A program made the position numbers and the translations under genes. This document shows positions 18,290-27,374 of a stretch of 64,000 nucleotides of DNA, in pieces. Below the pieces are notes generated by a model. It worked only from the letters and a program-made list of their open reading frames with translations, made no database searches and had not been told where the DNA came from. The stretch lies in the IMG/VR virus record IMGVR_UViG_3300021338_000003, positions 1-64,000 of that record. One strand, 5' to 3'. The first letter of the stretch is position 1, and every line of letters begins with the position of its first letter.

Positions 18290-18598
18290 GTGAGTGAAGA
18301 CCCCCTCTCCTTCCCCTGGCTGGAGGAGAACATTGGCCGCATCCTCGGTGGTCCCTCTTCAATGCGTGAAGTCAAGGGTCACCCCCTGAACAAGCTGGCA
18401 AAGGCCATCAGGGTCCTCAGCGAGGACCCCGGGACCACCGACTACGACGTGGCTACCGTGCTCTGGGATGTCTACGATGTCGCCCGGAAGTTCGGTCAAC
18501 AGGAGGCCCGCCGGAAGGCCCTCAGCCAGGCGATCACCCAGAACTCAGTGGAGGGTCGACGCCTCCACGATGAATGGTTCAAGGAAGTGACCAAGTGA
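18290..18598 (+). CDS. Hypothetical protein
   Basis: AGGAGG RBS; first gene after the promoter. Confidence 0.65.
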   Translation: MSEDPLSFPWLEENIGRILGGPSSMREVKGHPLNKLAKAIRVLSEDPGTTDYDVATVLWDVYDVARKFGQQEARRKALSQAITQNSVEGRRLHDEWFKEVTK

Positions 18599-19092
18599 AC
18601 GTCACACCAGGGTACAAGACGTCCAATAAGCGTATCGATGACTTCTGGGGCCAGAAGCTCCAGAAGGGGGTCGACCAACTCGTCAAGGCCATCGAGGCCG
18701 GAGCCATCGACGAAGCCAAGATGACCCCCTTTCAGGTGAGGATGGTCATCGGTTGCAAGACCGCCATGGCTTCCAGAGTGATCCGTGTGTACAAAGACAA
18801 GAAGAACGAGAAGCTCAAGAGAATTGTGGTCCCTATTGTTCACCCCAAAGGTCATGTGGTAAGGCCCAACCCGGATGCGGAGCCCAAGCCCAACACAGCA
18901 ACCGAGGATTCTCTTCTCGAAACCGTCATCAACTCCCTAGACAGGCTTGAACTTGCCAAGGGCAAGGGGGTCTACGCCAAGGAGATCTCCGGGGATACCG
19001 GGTACCCTCACGGCGAGGTGCTGGAGGCCCTGGTCATGGCCCATAACATCGGATGCGTGGTCAAGAAGGGACCAAGCTGGAGGCTCGGATGA
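18595..19092 (+). CDS. Hypothetical protein with C-terminal winged-HTH-like domain
   Basis: GTGA coupling; GVYAKEISGDTGYPHGEVLEALVMAHNIGCVVKKGPSWRL. Confidence 0.55.
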   Translation: MNVTPGYKTSNKRIDDFWGQKLQKGVDQLVKAIEAGAIDEAKMTPFQVRMVIGCKTAMASRVIRVYKDKKNEKLKRIVVPIVHPKGHVVRPNPDAEPKPNTATEDSLLETVINSLDRLELAKGKGVYAKEISGDTGYPHGEVLEALVMAHNIGCVVKKGPSWRLG

Positions 19093-19319
19093 AAATCCAC
19101 AAAATGTCGTTGCTGTTCGAAGACATCCCGGAGGATGTGCGGGCTGATATGACCAGCGTGGTTGAGGACATCGTTCTGAGGGGCAAAATCCCACACCCCT
19201 ATCCGGAGTGGATGGCGGAATGGTTGAAGATTGGAGAGTTCAGCGACAAGCAACACTTGATGGTCATCTCTACAGTGCTACCGGCTAGGGTGTTGATCTC
19301 TATTGTTCGAGAATCTTGA
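19089..19319 (+). CDS. Hypothetical protein
   Basis: ATGA coupling. Confidence 0.55.
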   Translation: MKIHKMSLLFEDIPEDVRADMTSVVEDIVLRGKIPHPYPEWMAEWLKIGEFSDKQHLMVISTVLPARVLISIVRES

Positions 19320-19658
19320 ATGGGTGATAAGCCCTGGTTCCTCTATATGGTCCAATCCGAAAAGACGGGGTACGTGTATGTCGGAGTAACTGTTCTCATG
19401 GCAAGGAGACTCCGGCAACACAACGGGGAAATCAAGGGAGGGGCCAGGGCTCTCCGGGGGCAACGTCCGGTCAGGTTGTTGTGGTGCGCCGAGGTGGAAG
19501 GAGGCAAGATTCCTGCACTTCGGTGTGAATACTGGCTGAAGAGGCATTCGAAGAAGTGGAAGCTTGAGTTTGCTCGGCTCGGTTCAGAGGAATCCACGGC
19601 CAGACTCCCGGAGAAGCTCCCTTATGGGTTCATTGTGATCAAGAAGGAGGAGCCATGA
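19320..19658 (+). CDS. GIY-YIG nuclease (SLX1/YhbQ-like)
   Basis: WFLYMV...YVGVT...RRLRQHNGEIKGGA...RP...ALRCE. Confidence 0.85.
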   Translation: MGDKPWFLYMVQSEKTGYVYVGVTVLMARRLRQHNGEIKGGARALRGQRPVRLLWCAEVEGGKIPALRCEYWLKRHSKKWKLEFARLGSEESTARLPEKLPYGFIVIKKEEP

Positions 19659-20320
19659 CTACGGTATGGCGAGAAAGATGGGAACGCGCAGTATATGAGG
19701 GCACTGAATCATATATCTTCAATCACGGATATACCATTACCCGGGCAGCCCACGGTCTCATTTGGTCAGTCGGGTACCCATGTGCCTTGATGATGGACGA
19801 CATCAGTGACGTTATGGTAATAACCATGTCCCTATTCACTTCCCTACTTGAGGGACCAACTCTCAACGACCCCGACCCAAATCTCCAACTCAGAAGGGAC
19901 CCAGACGAACCAGAAAAGATGTATGCCAAACACTTCGGGAAGGTGTATATCAAGGTCAATACTGACTGGTATGATGTCGACACCATGAAGCTTGATGTCG
20001 GGGCCAGCAAAGGCATTGAGGCTGGCCTTGACCTTCGAAAGAGGCAGGCAGAAGCCATGAAGGTCGAGATTCAAGCAGAATTGGCAAAATCCCTGTTCGA
20101 GGCCGAAGGCGGAGAACTGTCCCTCCTTGACGGGGACGATGGGGAAGATGAGGAAGAACCCGACGATGAGTTGAAGGTCTCTATCTCCAACGTCTTGACA
20201 TGGGACGACATCACATCTGATAGCAGGCTGTACCCGTGGAGGGGGTTTGCCGAGAAAAACAACTTTCCTCCTGCACTAATGGAGGCTATTTTGCAAAAGG
20301 AAAGAAGGAGAAAGTCATGA
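19655..20320 (+). CDS. Hypothetical protein
   Basis: 221-aa ORF with AGGAGG RBS and ATGA coupling. Confidence 0.6.
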   Translation: MTTVWRERWERAVYEGTESYIFNHGYTITRAAHGLIWSVGYPCALMMDDISDVMVITMSLFTSLLEGPTLNDPDPNLQLRRDPDEPEKMYAKHFGKVYIKVNTDWYDVDTMKLDVGASKGIEAGLDLRKRQAEAMKVEIQAELAKSLFEAEGGELSLLDGDDGEDEEEPDDELKVSISNVLTWDDITSDSRLYPWRGFAEKNNFPPALMEAILQKERRRKS

Positions 20321-21003
20321 GTAGACAGCCCCTGAGGATCGCCTTTGCTGGAGCCTCCGGCACCGGCAAGACCACCCTGGCCAAGTACGTGTATGAGGTC
20401 ATGGCTCCTGACATGAAGTTCAACCCTATCGGGTCTCGAAGTGTCTCGAAAATGATGGGGTTCAACTCTCCATATGACGTAGATATGGCTTCCCTGCTGG
20501 TGTACAACCAAACCCTGAACAGGACCCGGGACGCCAACAAAGCAGCCCGGAAGAGTATGGAGGGGTGTACGCTTGGTGACACCACCATGAGGGCCAAGTT
20601 CCAGCAAGTGCTCATGCTAGAGAAGGTTGCTTGGGAAGAAAACCATCCATTCATGGTTACGGATCGAACCACTCTGGACGTCGCGGCATATATCGCCATG
20701 CACTGTCCCAACGAGTTGCATACTGGCATCCTTGATGTGGCCGTCAAACATATGGCCCTCTATGACATCATTTTCTATTGCCCTATGGAACCATTCATTC
20801 GTTTGGATGATGGCGTTCGTGTGACTACCCTTGGATACCACAAGGCATACGACTTCTTCATTCATGGTGGGCTCAAGAAGTGTACTGACGGAGAGTCTCA
20901 CACGGAACTCATCGCCCTTCAGACGCCCGACCTGGACAAAAGAAAGGAAATCGTCCACAAGACTGTTACCAGATGGGTCGAGTGGCTCAAGAGCAAGAAT
21001 TAG
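20317..21003 (+). CDS. P-loop nucleotide kinase (NadR/AAA_28-like)
   Basis: IAFAGASGTGKTT, VTDRTTLD, YDIIFY and DDGVR; start ATG 20317. Confidence 0.78.
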   Translation: MSRQPLRIAFAGASGTGKTTLAKYVYEVMAPDMKFNPIGSRSVSKMMGFNSPYDVDMASLLVYNQTLNRTRDANKAARKSMEGCTLGDTTMRAKFQQVLMLEKVAWEENHPFMVTDRTTLDVAAYIAMHCPNELHTGILDVAVKHMALYDIIFYCPMEPFIRLDDGVRVTTLGYHKAYDFFIHGGLKKCTDGESHTELIALQTPDLDKRKEIVHKTVTRWVEWLKSKN

Positions 21004-21015
21004 GAGAGATAGAAC

Positions 21016-21249
21016 ATGGGACTACGAGCACAACGGAAGAAGATGGCCAAGAAGTTCCGAGTAGGAGATATAGTCACATGGGGAAACGGAAGTGTCAATG
21101 CCAAGGTCGATGAAGTGTCCAGTGCGGGCTTGTATGTCAACACTGTCATGTCAGATGGCAGGCCCGCACCCAGGTATTTCGTCCCCTTTGTTCCCGACAC
21201 CGACATGGAGCCTCTTCGATTAGTAGAGAGACCAAAAGGAAAGGGCTGA
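21016..21249 (+). CDS. Small hypothetical protein (SH3/KOW-like)
   Basis: KFRVGDIVTW...AKVDEV; AGGAG RBS. Confidence 0.5.
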   Translation: MGLRAQRKKMAKKFRVGDIVTWGNGSVNAKVDEVSSAGLYVNTVMSDGRPAPRYFVPFVPDTDMEPLRLVERPKGKG

Positions 21250-21287
21250 TATTATAAAACGGCGGCACCACAAGAGAGGTGACCCCC

Positions 21288-22535
21288 ATGGCTACTGATA
21301 TCGCCATTTCCTTTGATACGACTGGTTCTATGAACTCCATCATGCAGCAAGTACGCCGCCAGGTGGAGGACACAGTCAATGAACTCTTCGAGTCCGTACC
21401 GGACCTTCGGGTATCCATTATCGCCCACGGCGACTACTGCGATGCCATGTCGTCCTATCTGTCCAAGCACATTGAGTTGACCTCGGATCAGAAGAAGATC
21501 GTGTCCTTTGTCAAGAGCACCGGTTCCACCTGCGGGTATTCCGCCGAGGAAGCATACGAGCATGTCCTCTGGCTGGCTCGGTCACTCAATTGGCGGGCCG
21601 ACGCCACCAAGGCCCTAGTCATGATCGGAGACGCTCACTGTCACCCGGAGAGCAGGTGGGGTACAAAGGAATGTGGCCAAGTCATCAACCCTCGTCGCCT
21701 TGACTGGAAGAACGAGGCCAAACTCCTGCATAACAACTTCGGTGTCAAGGTGTTCTCGGTTCATGCACTCGCCCGTTATCGCAGGGGGTCGGCCTTCTTT
21801 TGGAGGGGAATGGCCGAAGCCACCTCTGGGAAGTATCTGACCCTCGATGACTTCCCCGAGATCGTCGCCACCCTCAAGCTCCTCACATACACTCAGACCG
21901 ACAAGGCTCCCGACCTGGTCAACCAATACGTCGAGTCCCTGGTGACCACCAAGAAGATGACCTCTGGCCTGGCTGACACCGTCGCCGAATTGACCGGGAT
22001 GGAGCGTCCAACGGTCACCAAGATGAGCCTCGGTGGAGGGGGTGGGTCGACACGGTCCACCAGCACCCGCACCCGGAGGGTGGCCACCACCGTTTCGGAA
22101 GCCGACCTCGAAGCATACGGGGATGTATCCTTGGAGCCGGTTCCTCCCGGGCGGTTCCAAATCCTCGAAGTGGAAAAGGACACTGACATCCAGAAGATGG
22201 TGGTAGCCAACGTCGGCGAAGGGTCGTTCCAGAAGGGGTCTGGATACTACGAATTCGGACGCGGTGGACCGAAGGGCAAGGGCAAGTCAGTCAAGGTTCA
22301 GTCCTACAAGAATGTGGTTCTTGTAGACAAGACCAGTGGTGACCTCTGGACGGGAGATGCAGCCCGAAAGCTCATTGGGCTGCCCAAGGACAAGGACTAT
22401 ACCCTGTCCCCCTCCAAGGCGGGTGATTTCCTAGACCAGTACTTCGTGTTCATTCAGAGCACATCGTATAATCGCAAGCTTCTAGCCAACACCCTCTTCC
22501 TCTATGAGGTTGCAGAGTTCGCTGAAGCGGCCTGA
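21288..22535 (+). CDS. von Willebrand factor A (MIDAS) domain protein
   Basis: DIAISFDTTGSM, IIAHGDYCD, EAYE and LVMIGDA. Confidence 0.85.
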   Translation: MATDIAISFDTTGSMNSIMQQVRRQVEDTVNELFESVPDLRVSIIAHGDYCDAMSSYLSKHIELTSDQKKIVSFVKSTGSTCGYSAEEAYEHVLWLARSLNWRADATKALVMIGDAHCHPESRWGTKECGQVINPRRLDWKNEAKLLHNNFGVKVFSVHALARYRRGSAFFWRGMAEATSGKYLTLDDFPEIVATLKLLTYTQTDKAPDLVNQYVESLVTTKKMTSGLADTVAELTGMERPTVTKMSLGGGGGSTRSTSTRTRRVATTVSEADLEAYGDVSLEPVPPGRFQILEVEKDTDIQKMVVANVGEGSFQKGSGYYEFGRGGPKGKGKSVKVQSYKNVVLVDKTSGDLWTGDAARKLIGLPKDKDYTLSPSKAGDFLDQYFVFIQSTSYNRKLLANTLFLYEVAEFAEAA

Positions 22536-22582
22536 TCAGGTGGGCAGATTGCTCTTGAAACCCCACCGGGGAAGGAGCAATC

Positions 22583-22882
22583 ATGGCCTTCACTATCCAG
22601 GCTGCGGAGCAGACTGACCTGAATCTCACCACCACTCCCCAGAGGCTGGAATATTCCTCTGGGAACCCGCTGGTAGGTCAGGAATTCGTTCATATCAGCA
22701 GCGCCTCCGTGGATTCCGCCATCGTCGTGTACGTTGACCTTCGACGTGGGTCCACCCCTACCTCCGCTGGCACTGATAAGGCCCCCCTAAGCCAGCTCCC
22801 TCATTACTTTGTATGTGAGGGAGTCACCGAAATATGGCTTTCGGCTTCTGCGGCCACTACTGTCTGCGTCACCGTGAAGTGA
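22583..22882 (+). CDS. Small beta-rich putative virion/adaptor protein
   Basis: 99 aa, AAGGAG RBS; leads the operon of giant virion proteins. Confidence 0.5.
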   Translation: MAFTIQAAEQTDLNLTTTPQRLEYSSGNPLVGQEFVHISSASVDSAIVVYVDLRRGSTPTSAGTDKAPLSQLPHYFVCEGVTEIWLSASAATTVCVTVK

Positions 22883-22889
22883 CCTGACA

Positions 22890-25800
22890 ATGACTACCCG
22901 ACGCAAAAACAGCCTAACAAAGATGTTCGGGTGGATGAAGAACAGCCCTCTCATCCGCAAGGTTGTAGCCTTTGCCCTATCTCGAAAGAGGGGTGGTCCC
23001 TCAGCCGCCCTGGCAGTCGAGCATCAGGGTGGTCAGGACCTAGATGACCGTTATGGTCCTCTACCCGTAGATTCCGATAACTATATTCTCGACCCCTATA
23101 CCGGTGAAAGACTTCAGGTTGAAAACGGTTGGGAAGATACCGATACGGTTGGGGACCACGAACCGTATTTGGGTGCCATCGGTCGTAGTGATGGTTCTAT
23201 TCGGATCGGAAGCGGCGCACCTGCCTCCCAAAGGCGACAAGGTCTAGACCAACTAGACTTCACTAATTATTTGCAGGTCACCCTTTCAGAAGACGCTCAC
23301 AGCTTCATTGCGCAAGCCACGATGACTGGGTCTCCGACGCTAGAAAACCCGGTCTTCGGGATCGATGCATCCGATTACCGGTGGGGTATTCAGGTAGTCG
23401 GGCCGAACGAGATTAGTAACCGCATTTTCGATAACACCGTGGTACGTGCTACTGCCACCATCACGGGTGCCAGCGCATTCGCATCTGGTGTGACGTTCAC
23501 CGCTGGAGGTGGTGCCGACTCTGATGGTGATGTATCCCTAGCCGCGTGGGATGACACGGGCACGGAAGTTAACACCCCAGATACCGACAACTTCGCCGGT
23601 ACCGTCACCAGCCTGGCGGGTGAGTACACTATTGGCCGTGGCCGCGGAGGCGGTGATTTCGTCAATGGGACCATCAATGTATGGGGTGGCTTCGACGGTG
23701 ACCATTATGATTCTGCGACGCTTTCAACAATGGAGGCATCCATTCGTGCCGGGATGGATGTAGATACCCTAGCCGGGACGTATGGCGGGGCTTGGTCGGA
23801 TGGTATAACACCGGGCGCTTACTCCCGCATCGCAACCGAGAAACTTTTCAGTCTATCAGGGGCTGGGTCGAAGCCAGTGGTTGCTCGCCCGGGCACATCA
23901 GGAGAAACATACACCCAGCCACAGGATATCGATGGTCTAATCGGTGATTGGGATTGCTTGCGCGGTGCTACCTATACCGGTACCACCCTGACGGGTTGCT
24001 ATGATTATGGTCCAAATGAGTGGGACCTGACTCACGGTAGCACCGTAGGCCAACGTACTGTCGAGATGCTGGGTCGCAACGTATTCCTTCCAGGTACCGG
24101 TGGAGGGACTTACCTGGAGCGTGCGATCACTACAACCATCGAAGACTTCACCGTTACGTGCTCGATCCCGATCAGGTCGTACAGCTCGACGGGCCGTTCG
24201 TATTTCAGCATGAACGTAGCGGCCATCGCCACGTGGGGACTTCAGATCCAGCAGGGGCCGTCTGTTGGTACAATGGCCATCCTTGACGATTCTGGTACTA
24301 CGGTTGCAACCATACCTCATGGTGCCCGTACCTCGGGCAACGGTGATGCTGCTCATGCGATCCTGGTGTTTCGACGTACAGCTGGTGGGGATGTTGTTGT
24401 CGACTGCTGGTATGACCAGGACGCGGGAGGCGGGTTGGTACGGTCCACACAGGTGGTAGCCTCCGATACCTTCTCTGCGTCGATTGACGTTACTGGAGTG
24501 GCAGTCGGCGGAAGGTATGGAACAAGCGTAGGGTCGTGGAACAGCTTTTCAGGCGTGCACCGTGTTACTATGCACGACAGCGCCATATCTGACGATGACA
24601 TGATTGCCGTGGTCAAGGGTCACGCTGCCCGACTGGGTTGGGACACCGATTTGATTAAGCCTCTGGTTCTACCGGCCAAGGCTGCGCGTTACGTCGGCGG
24701 GAAGACGCTCGAAGATAGCGTAGGCGAGCTTCCGAAGGACGCAGACGGTTACTATCTTACGCGGAATGGGTTGTCCTACCTCACGGTAGACGATGGGTTC
24801 GACATTGGCGATGTCGTCGGTGAACCCAAGCTCTACGGTCTACTCACTGCACAGGTGATAGGAAACCCGGCCACCCAGCGCCGCTCGGGCTTCGACAACA
24901 ATGACGACCTCAACTACGCGCTCGTGACTCTCGATACGAGCGACATCTCCTTCCTCGTCTCGGCCAACCGTGCAACGAACACCTATGACGCCATCTTCGA
25001 TTCAACAACGGCTGACCCGCGAGTCCAGTTATCGACTGGTCCAGGAGGCATCGCCACACTGCGGATGCGCACCACCGACGGAGGCGTCACCGAATTTGCT
25101 GATACAGCAGGAATTGTCCCGCCTGGGCAGAACTTCTTCGGCGGTACCTTGGATGGTAGCACGGGAGACATGCTGTCGAAGGTGTGGGATAGCTCCGGTG
25201 CCCCATTGGGCACAGGGTCTCACACCGGAACGGTAGCTGTCGACATTTCCGGTCCCCTCTACTTGGGTCGGCAATTCAACAACGCATATGCCTGGGATAG
25301 CGGCATCTTCTGGGCCATGGGTTGGGACGGGACGGTCATGTCCGAAGCTGACCTTGACGCCATCGTAGCGGCAATGCAGGCCGGTGCGGACATCGATGAC
25401 ATCAGGACCACCTACGGTGTCACGTTGGCCACGGACGGTATCGTCTGCGGTGCCTACGACCCCGATAACCCTACGGTCCTCTTCACCGAAGCTGGTGCAG
25501 GCGAGTCTGTCCGACTCCACAACACGGCTCCGGCACTCCCCGCAGTCGCCGCCCGCTACATCGGAGGGAAGACTCTGAATGACTCCATCGGGGAGCTGTT
25601 CAAGGATGATGACGGCTACTACCAGTCGCGCCTCACCGGCGAATACCTGACTTTGGACGATGGATTCGGGTCAGGGGATGCGATTGGTCCGGAGTACATG
25701 TATGGCCTGAAGACCGCCGTAGTAGAGAACAACGGCACACCAATCGCACGTGGTGGGTTGCGCCGGAACGGGTTTACATTCGATAGCTCTGGCAGTCAGT

Positions 25801-27338
25801 ACATCGGATTCAACCTCACCTCCGAAGAGGCTCACAGCTTCCTCGTCTACCTGGAAGGCGATCCGTCTGTGACGAGCCCCAGCACCCAGTTCGTGTTTGG
25901 CTTTGATGCCACGGCTCCTCTCGGGGCAGGCTGGCAAGGCTTGCTGTCGAACTTGGAACCCAACCTTCGGACTTACAACGCTGCGACCACCGAGGATGTA
26001 GCCGCACGTGTACTGATTTCACAACCGGTCACTGCCAATGACCTCCAGTGGATCGGCGGCTTCCACGACGGCACCGACACCGAGCTATCGTGCTGGGATG
26101 ATGTCGGTGCACAGCTGGGGGTCACTGGCACAAGTACCCGCTCTGTGCCCGTCACGCTTACGGCGCAGCCCTACTTCCTCGGCGGTCGGCCTGGCGGTGG
26201 TGTGCCTCTCCAGTACGCCGAAGTGCTGGAAGTCTACGGATGGGACGGTGGTGCAGGGAAGACTTTCTCGGAGCTGCAGGCAGTCATCGACGCATCCATT
26301 GCAGGCGGAGAACCCTCCGCCAATGCACCGGGTGCAGACCTGGCCTCCGACGGCATCATCTGCGGTGCCTACGACCCGCTGGACACGACCATCCTCTTCA
26401 CCGAATCCGGGGCAGGGGAGTCGGTGCGTGCTCACGTCACTGCACCCGTGGTACCGGCTCTCGTCGCACGCTACAACGGAGGTAAGACTCTCACGGATGC
26501 AACAGGTGAGCTGCCCAAGGACGAGAACGACTACTATAAGTCGCGCCTTACCAACGAGTACCTCTCTGTCGATACGGGATTCGCCGACACAGACGTTGTG
26601 GGTGAGCCGAAGGTGTACGGTCTTCTGACTGCCACGGTACATGGCGCGCCTGCAACTGCGCGACGTTCGGGCTTCGATGCCTGCACCGACGCAGACTACA
26701 TCGAGATCCTCCTGTCTGACTCTGACTACGGGAGTGCGCTGGCGCTGACTCGACAGACATCCACCCCGGCTGTACCGCAGGGATTCCTCTTCGGGGCAGG
26801 TACTGACCCTCGATGGGGAATGCTGTACACCTCGGGTGATTACCGAACCCAGACGGTCAACAGTGGTGTACTGCAGACCGACATAGCCGGAGCACTGTCC
26901 ACCACGGCGGCTGATCGGTTCATCGCTGCCACTGTAGACAACGCGAGCGGAACTCTTACGCAGACGGCACACGCATGGGATGAGACAGGAACGCCACTGG
27001 CAGGCTCTCCGGATCAGGACACTAGCGGTGCCCACGGCGGGGACCTTTCCGGAGTCTATTACCTTGGTCGGACCAAGAGCACCGGGTATGCCTACACCAG
27101 TGGAACAGTCCGAATTGCTCTCGGATGGGATGGAGCGACTTTGTCCGATGCGCAGCTGCAGTCTGTCGTAGATGACATCCTGGCTGGAGAGGATATCGAC
27201 ACTGTAGCCAGCAACGCTGCTGTGATGCCTGCCCTGGCGACAGACGGACTCGTTTGTGGAGTCTATGACCCCTACGATACCGCCCTACTCTACACTTTGG
27301 GAGCCTCAGGTGCTGACGTTACCCTGACAACTCCGTAA
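22890..27338 (+). CDS. Giant repetitive virion fibre/adhesin with ConA/LamG-like modules
   Basis: 1482 aa, rich in G/T/A/D. Four units of about 290 aa start with ARYxGGKTLxDxxGELxKD (first copy degenerate) and end with DGxxxGxY, plus one different LamG-like insert. Confidence 0.7.
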   Translation: MTTRRKNSLTKMFGWMKNSPLIRKVVAFALSRKRGGPSAALAVEHQGGQDLDDRYGPLPVDSDNYILDPYTGERLQVENGWEDTDTVGDHEPYLGAIGRSDGSIRIGSGAPASQRRQGLDQLDFTNYLQVTLSEDAHSFIAQATMTGSPTLENPVFGIDASDYRWGIQVVGPNEISNRIFDNTVVRATATITGASAFASGVTFTAGGGADSDGDVSLAAWDDTGTEVNTPDTDNFAGTVTSLAGEYTIGRGRGGGDFVNGTINVWGGFDGDHYDSATLSTMEASIRAGMDVDTLAGTYGGAWSDGITPGAYSRIATEKLFSLSGAGSKPVVARPGTSGETYTQPQDIDGLIGDWDCLRGATYTGTTLTGCYDYGPNEWDLTHGSTVGQRTVEMLGRNVFLPGTGGGTYLERAITTTIEDFTVTCSIPIRSYSSTGRSYFSMNVAAIATWGLQIQQGPSVGTMAILDDSGTTVATIPHGARTSGNGDAAHAILVFRRTAGGDVVVDCWYDQDAGGGLVRSTQVVASDTFSASIDVTGVAVGGRYGTSVGSWNSFSGVHRVTMHDSAISDDDMIAVVKGHAARLGWDTDLIKPLVLPAKAARYVGGKTLEDSVGELPKDADGYYLTRNGLSYLTVDDGFDIGDVVGEPKLYGLLTAQVIGNPATQRRSGFDNNDDLNYALVTLDTSDISFLVSANRATNTYDAIFDSTTADPRVQLSTGPGGIATLRMRTTDGGVTEFADTAGIVPPGQNFFGGTLDGSTGDMLSKVWDSSGAPLGTGSHTGTVAVDISGPLYLGRQFNNAYAWDSGIFWAMGWDGTVMSEADLDAIVAAMQAGADIDDIRTTYGVTLATDGIVCGAYDPDNPTVLFTEAGAGESVRLHNTAPALPAVAARYIGGKTLNDSIGELFKDDDGYYQSRLTGEYLTLDDGFGSGDAIGPEYMYGLKTAVVENNGTPIARGGLRRNGFTFDSSGSQYIGFNLTSEEAHSFLVYLEGDPSVTSPSTQFVFGFDATAPLGAGWQGLLSNLEPNLRTYNAATTEDVAARVLISQPVTANDLQWIGGFHDGTDTELSCWDDVGAQLGVTGTSTRSVPVTLTAQPYFLGGRPGGGVPLQYAEVLEVYGWDGGAGKTFSELQAVIDASIAGGEPSANAPGADLASDGIICGAYDPLDTTILFTESGAGESVRAHVTAPVVPALVARYNGGKTLTDATGELPKDENDYYKSRLTNEYLSVDTGFADTDVVGEPKVYGLLTATVHGAPATARRSGFDACTDADYIEILLSDSDYGSALALTRQTSTPAVPQGFLFGAGTDPRWGMLYTSGDYRTQTVNSGVLQTDIAGALSTTAADRFIAATVDNASGTLTQTAHAWDETGTPLAGSPDQDTSGAHGGDLSGVYYLGRTKSTGYAYTSGTVRIALGWDGATLSDAQLQSVVDDILAGEDIDTVASNAAVMPALATDGLVCGVYDPYDTALLYTLGASGADVTLTTP

Positions 27339-27374
27339 GGTCGCAGCTTCTTCGTAAGAACTCGGAGAAGCAAA

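Noticed and set aside
19320-19658. GIY-YIG protein as a homing endonuclease or intron marker
   Set aside because: It is a stand-alone SLX1/YhbQ-type domain with no DNA-binding extension, and the flanking genes are not split.
22890-27338. Repeats as a diversity-generating retroelement template/variable pair
   Set aside because: The units differ at all base types, not only adenines, and no reverse transcriptase is in the window.
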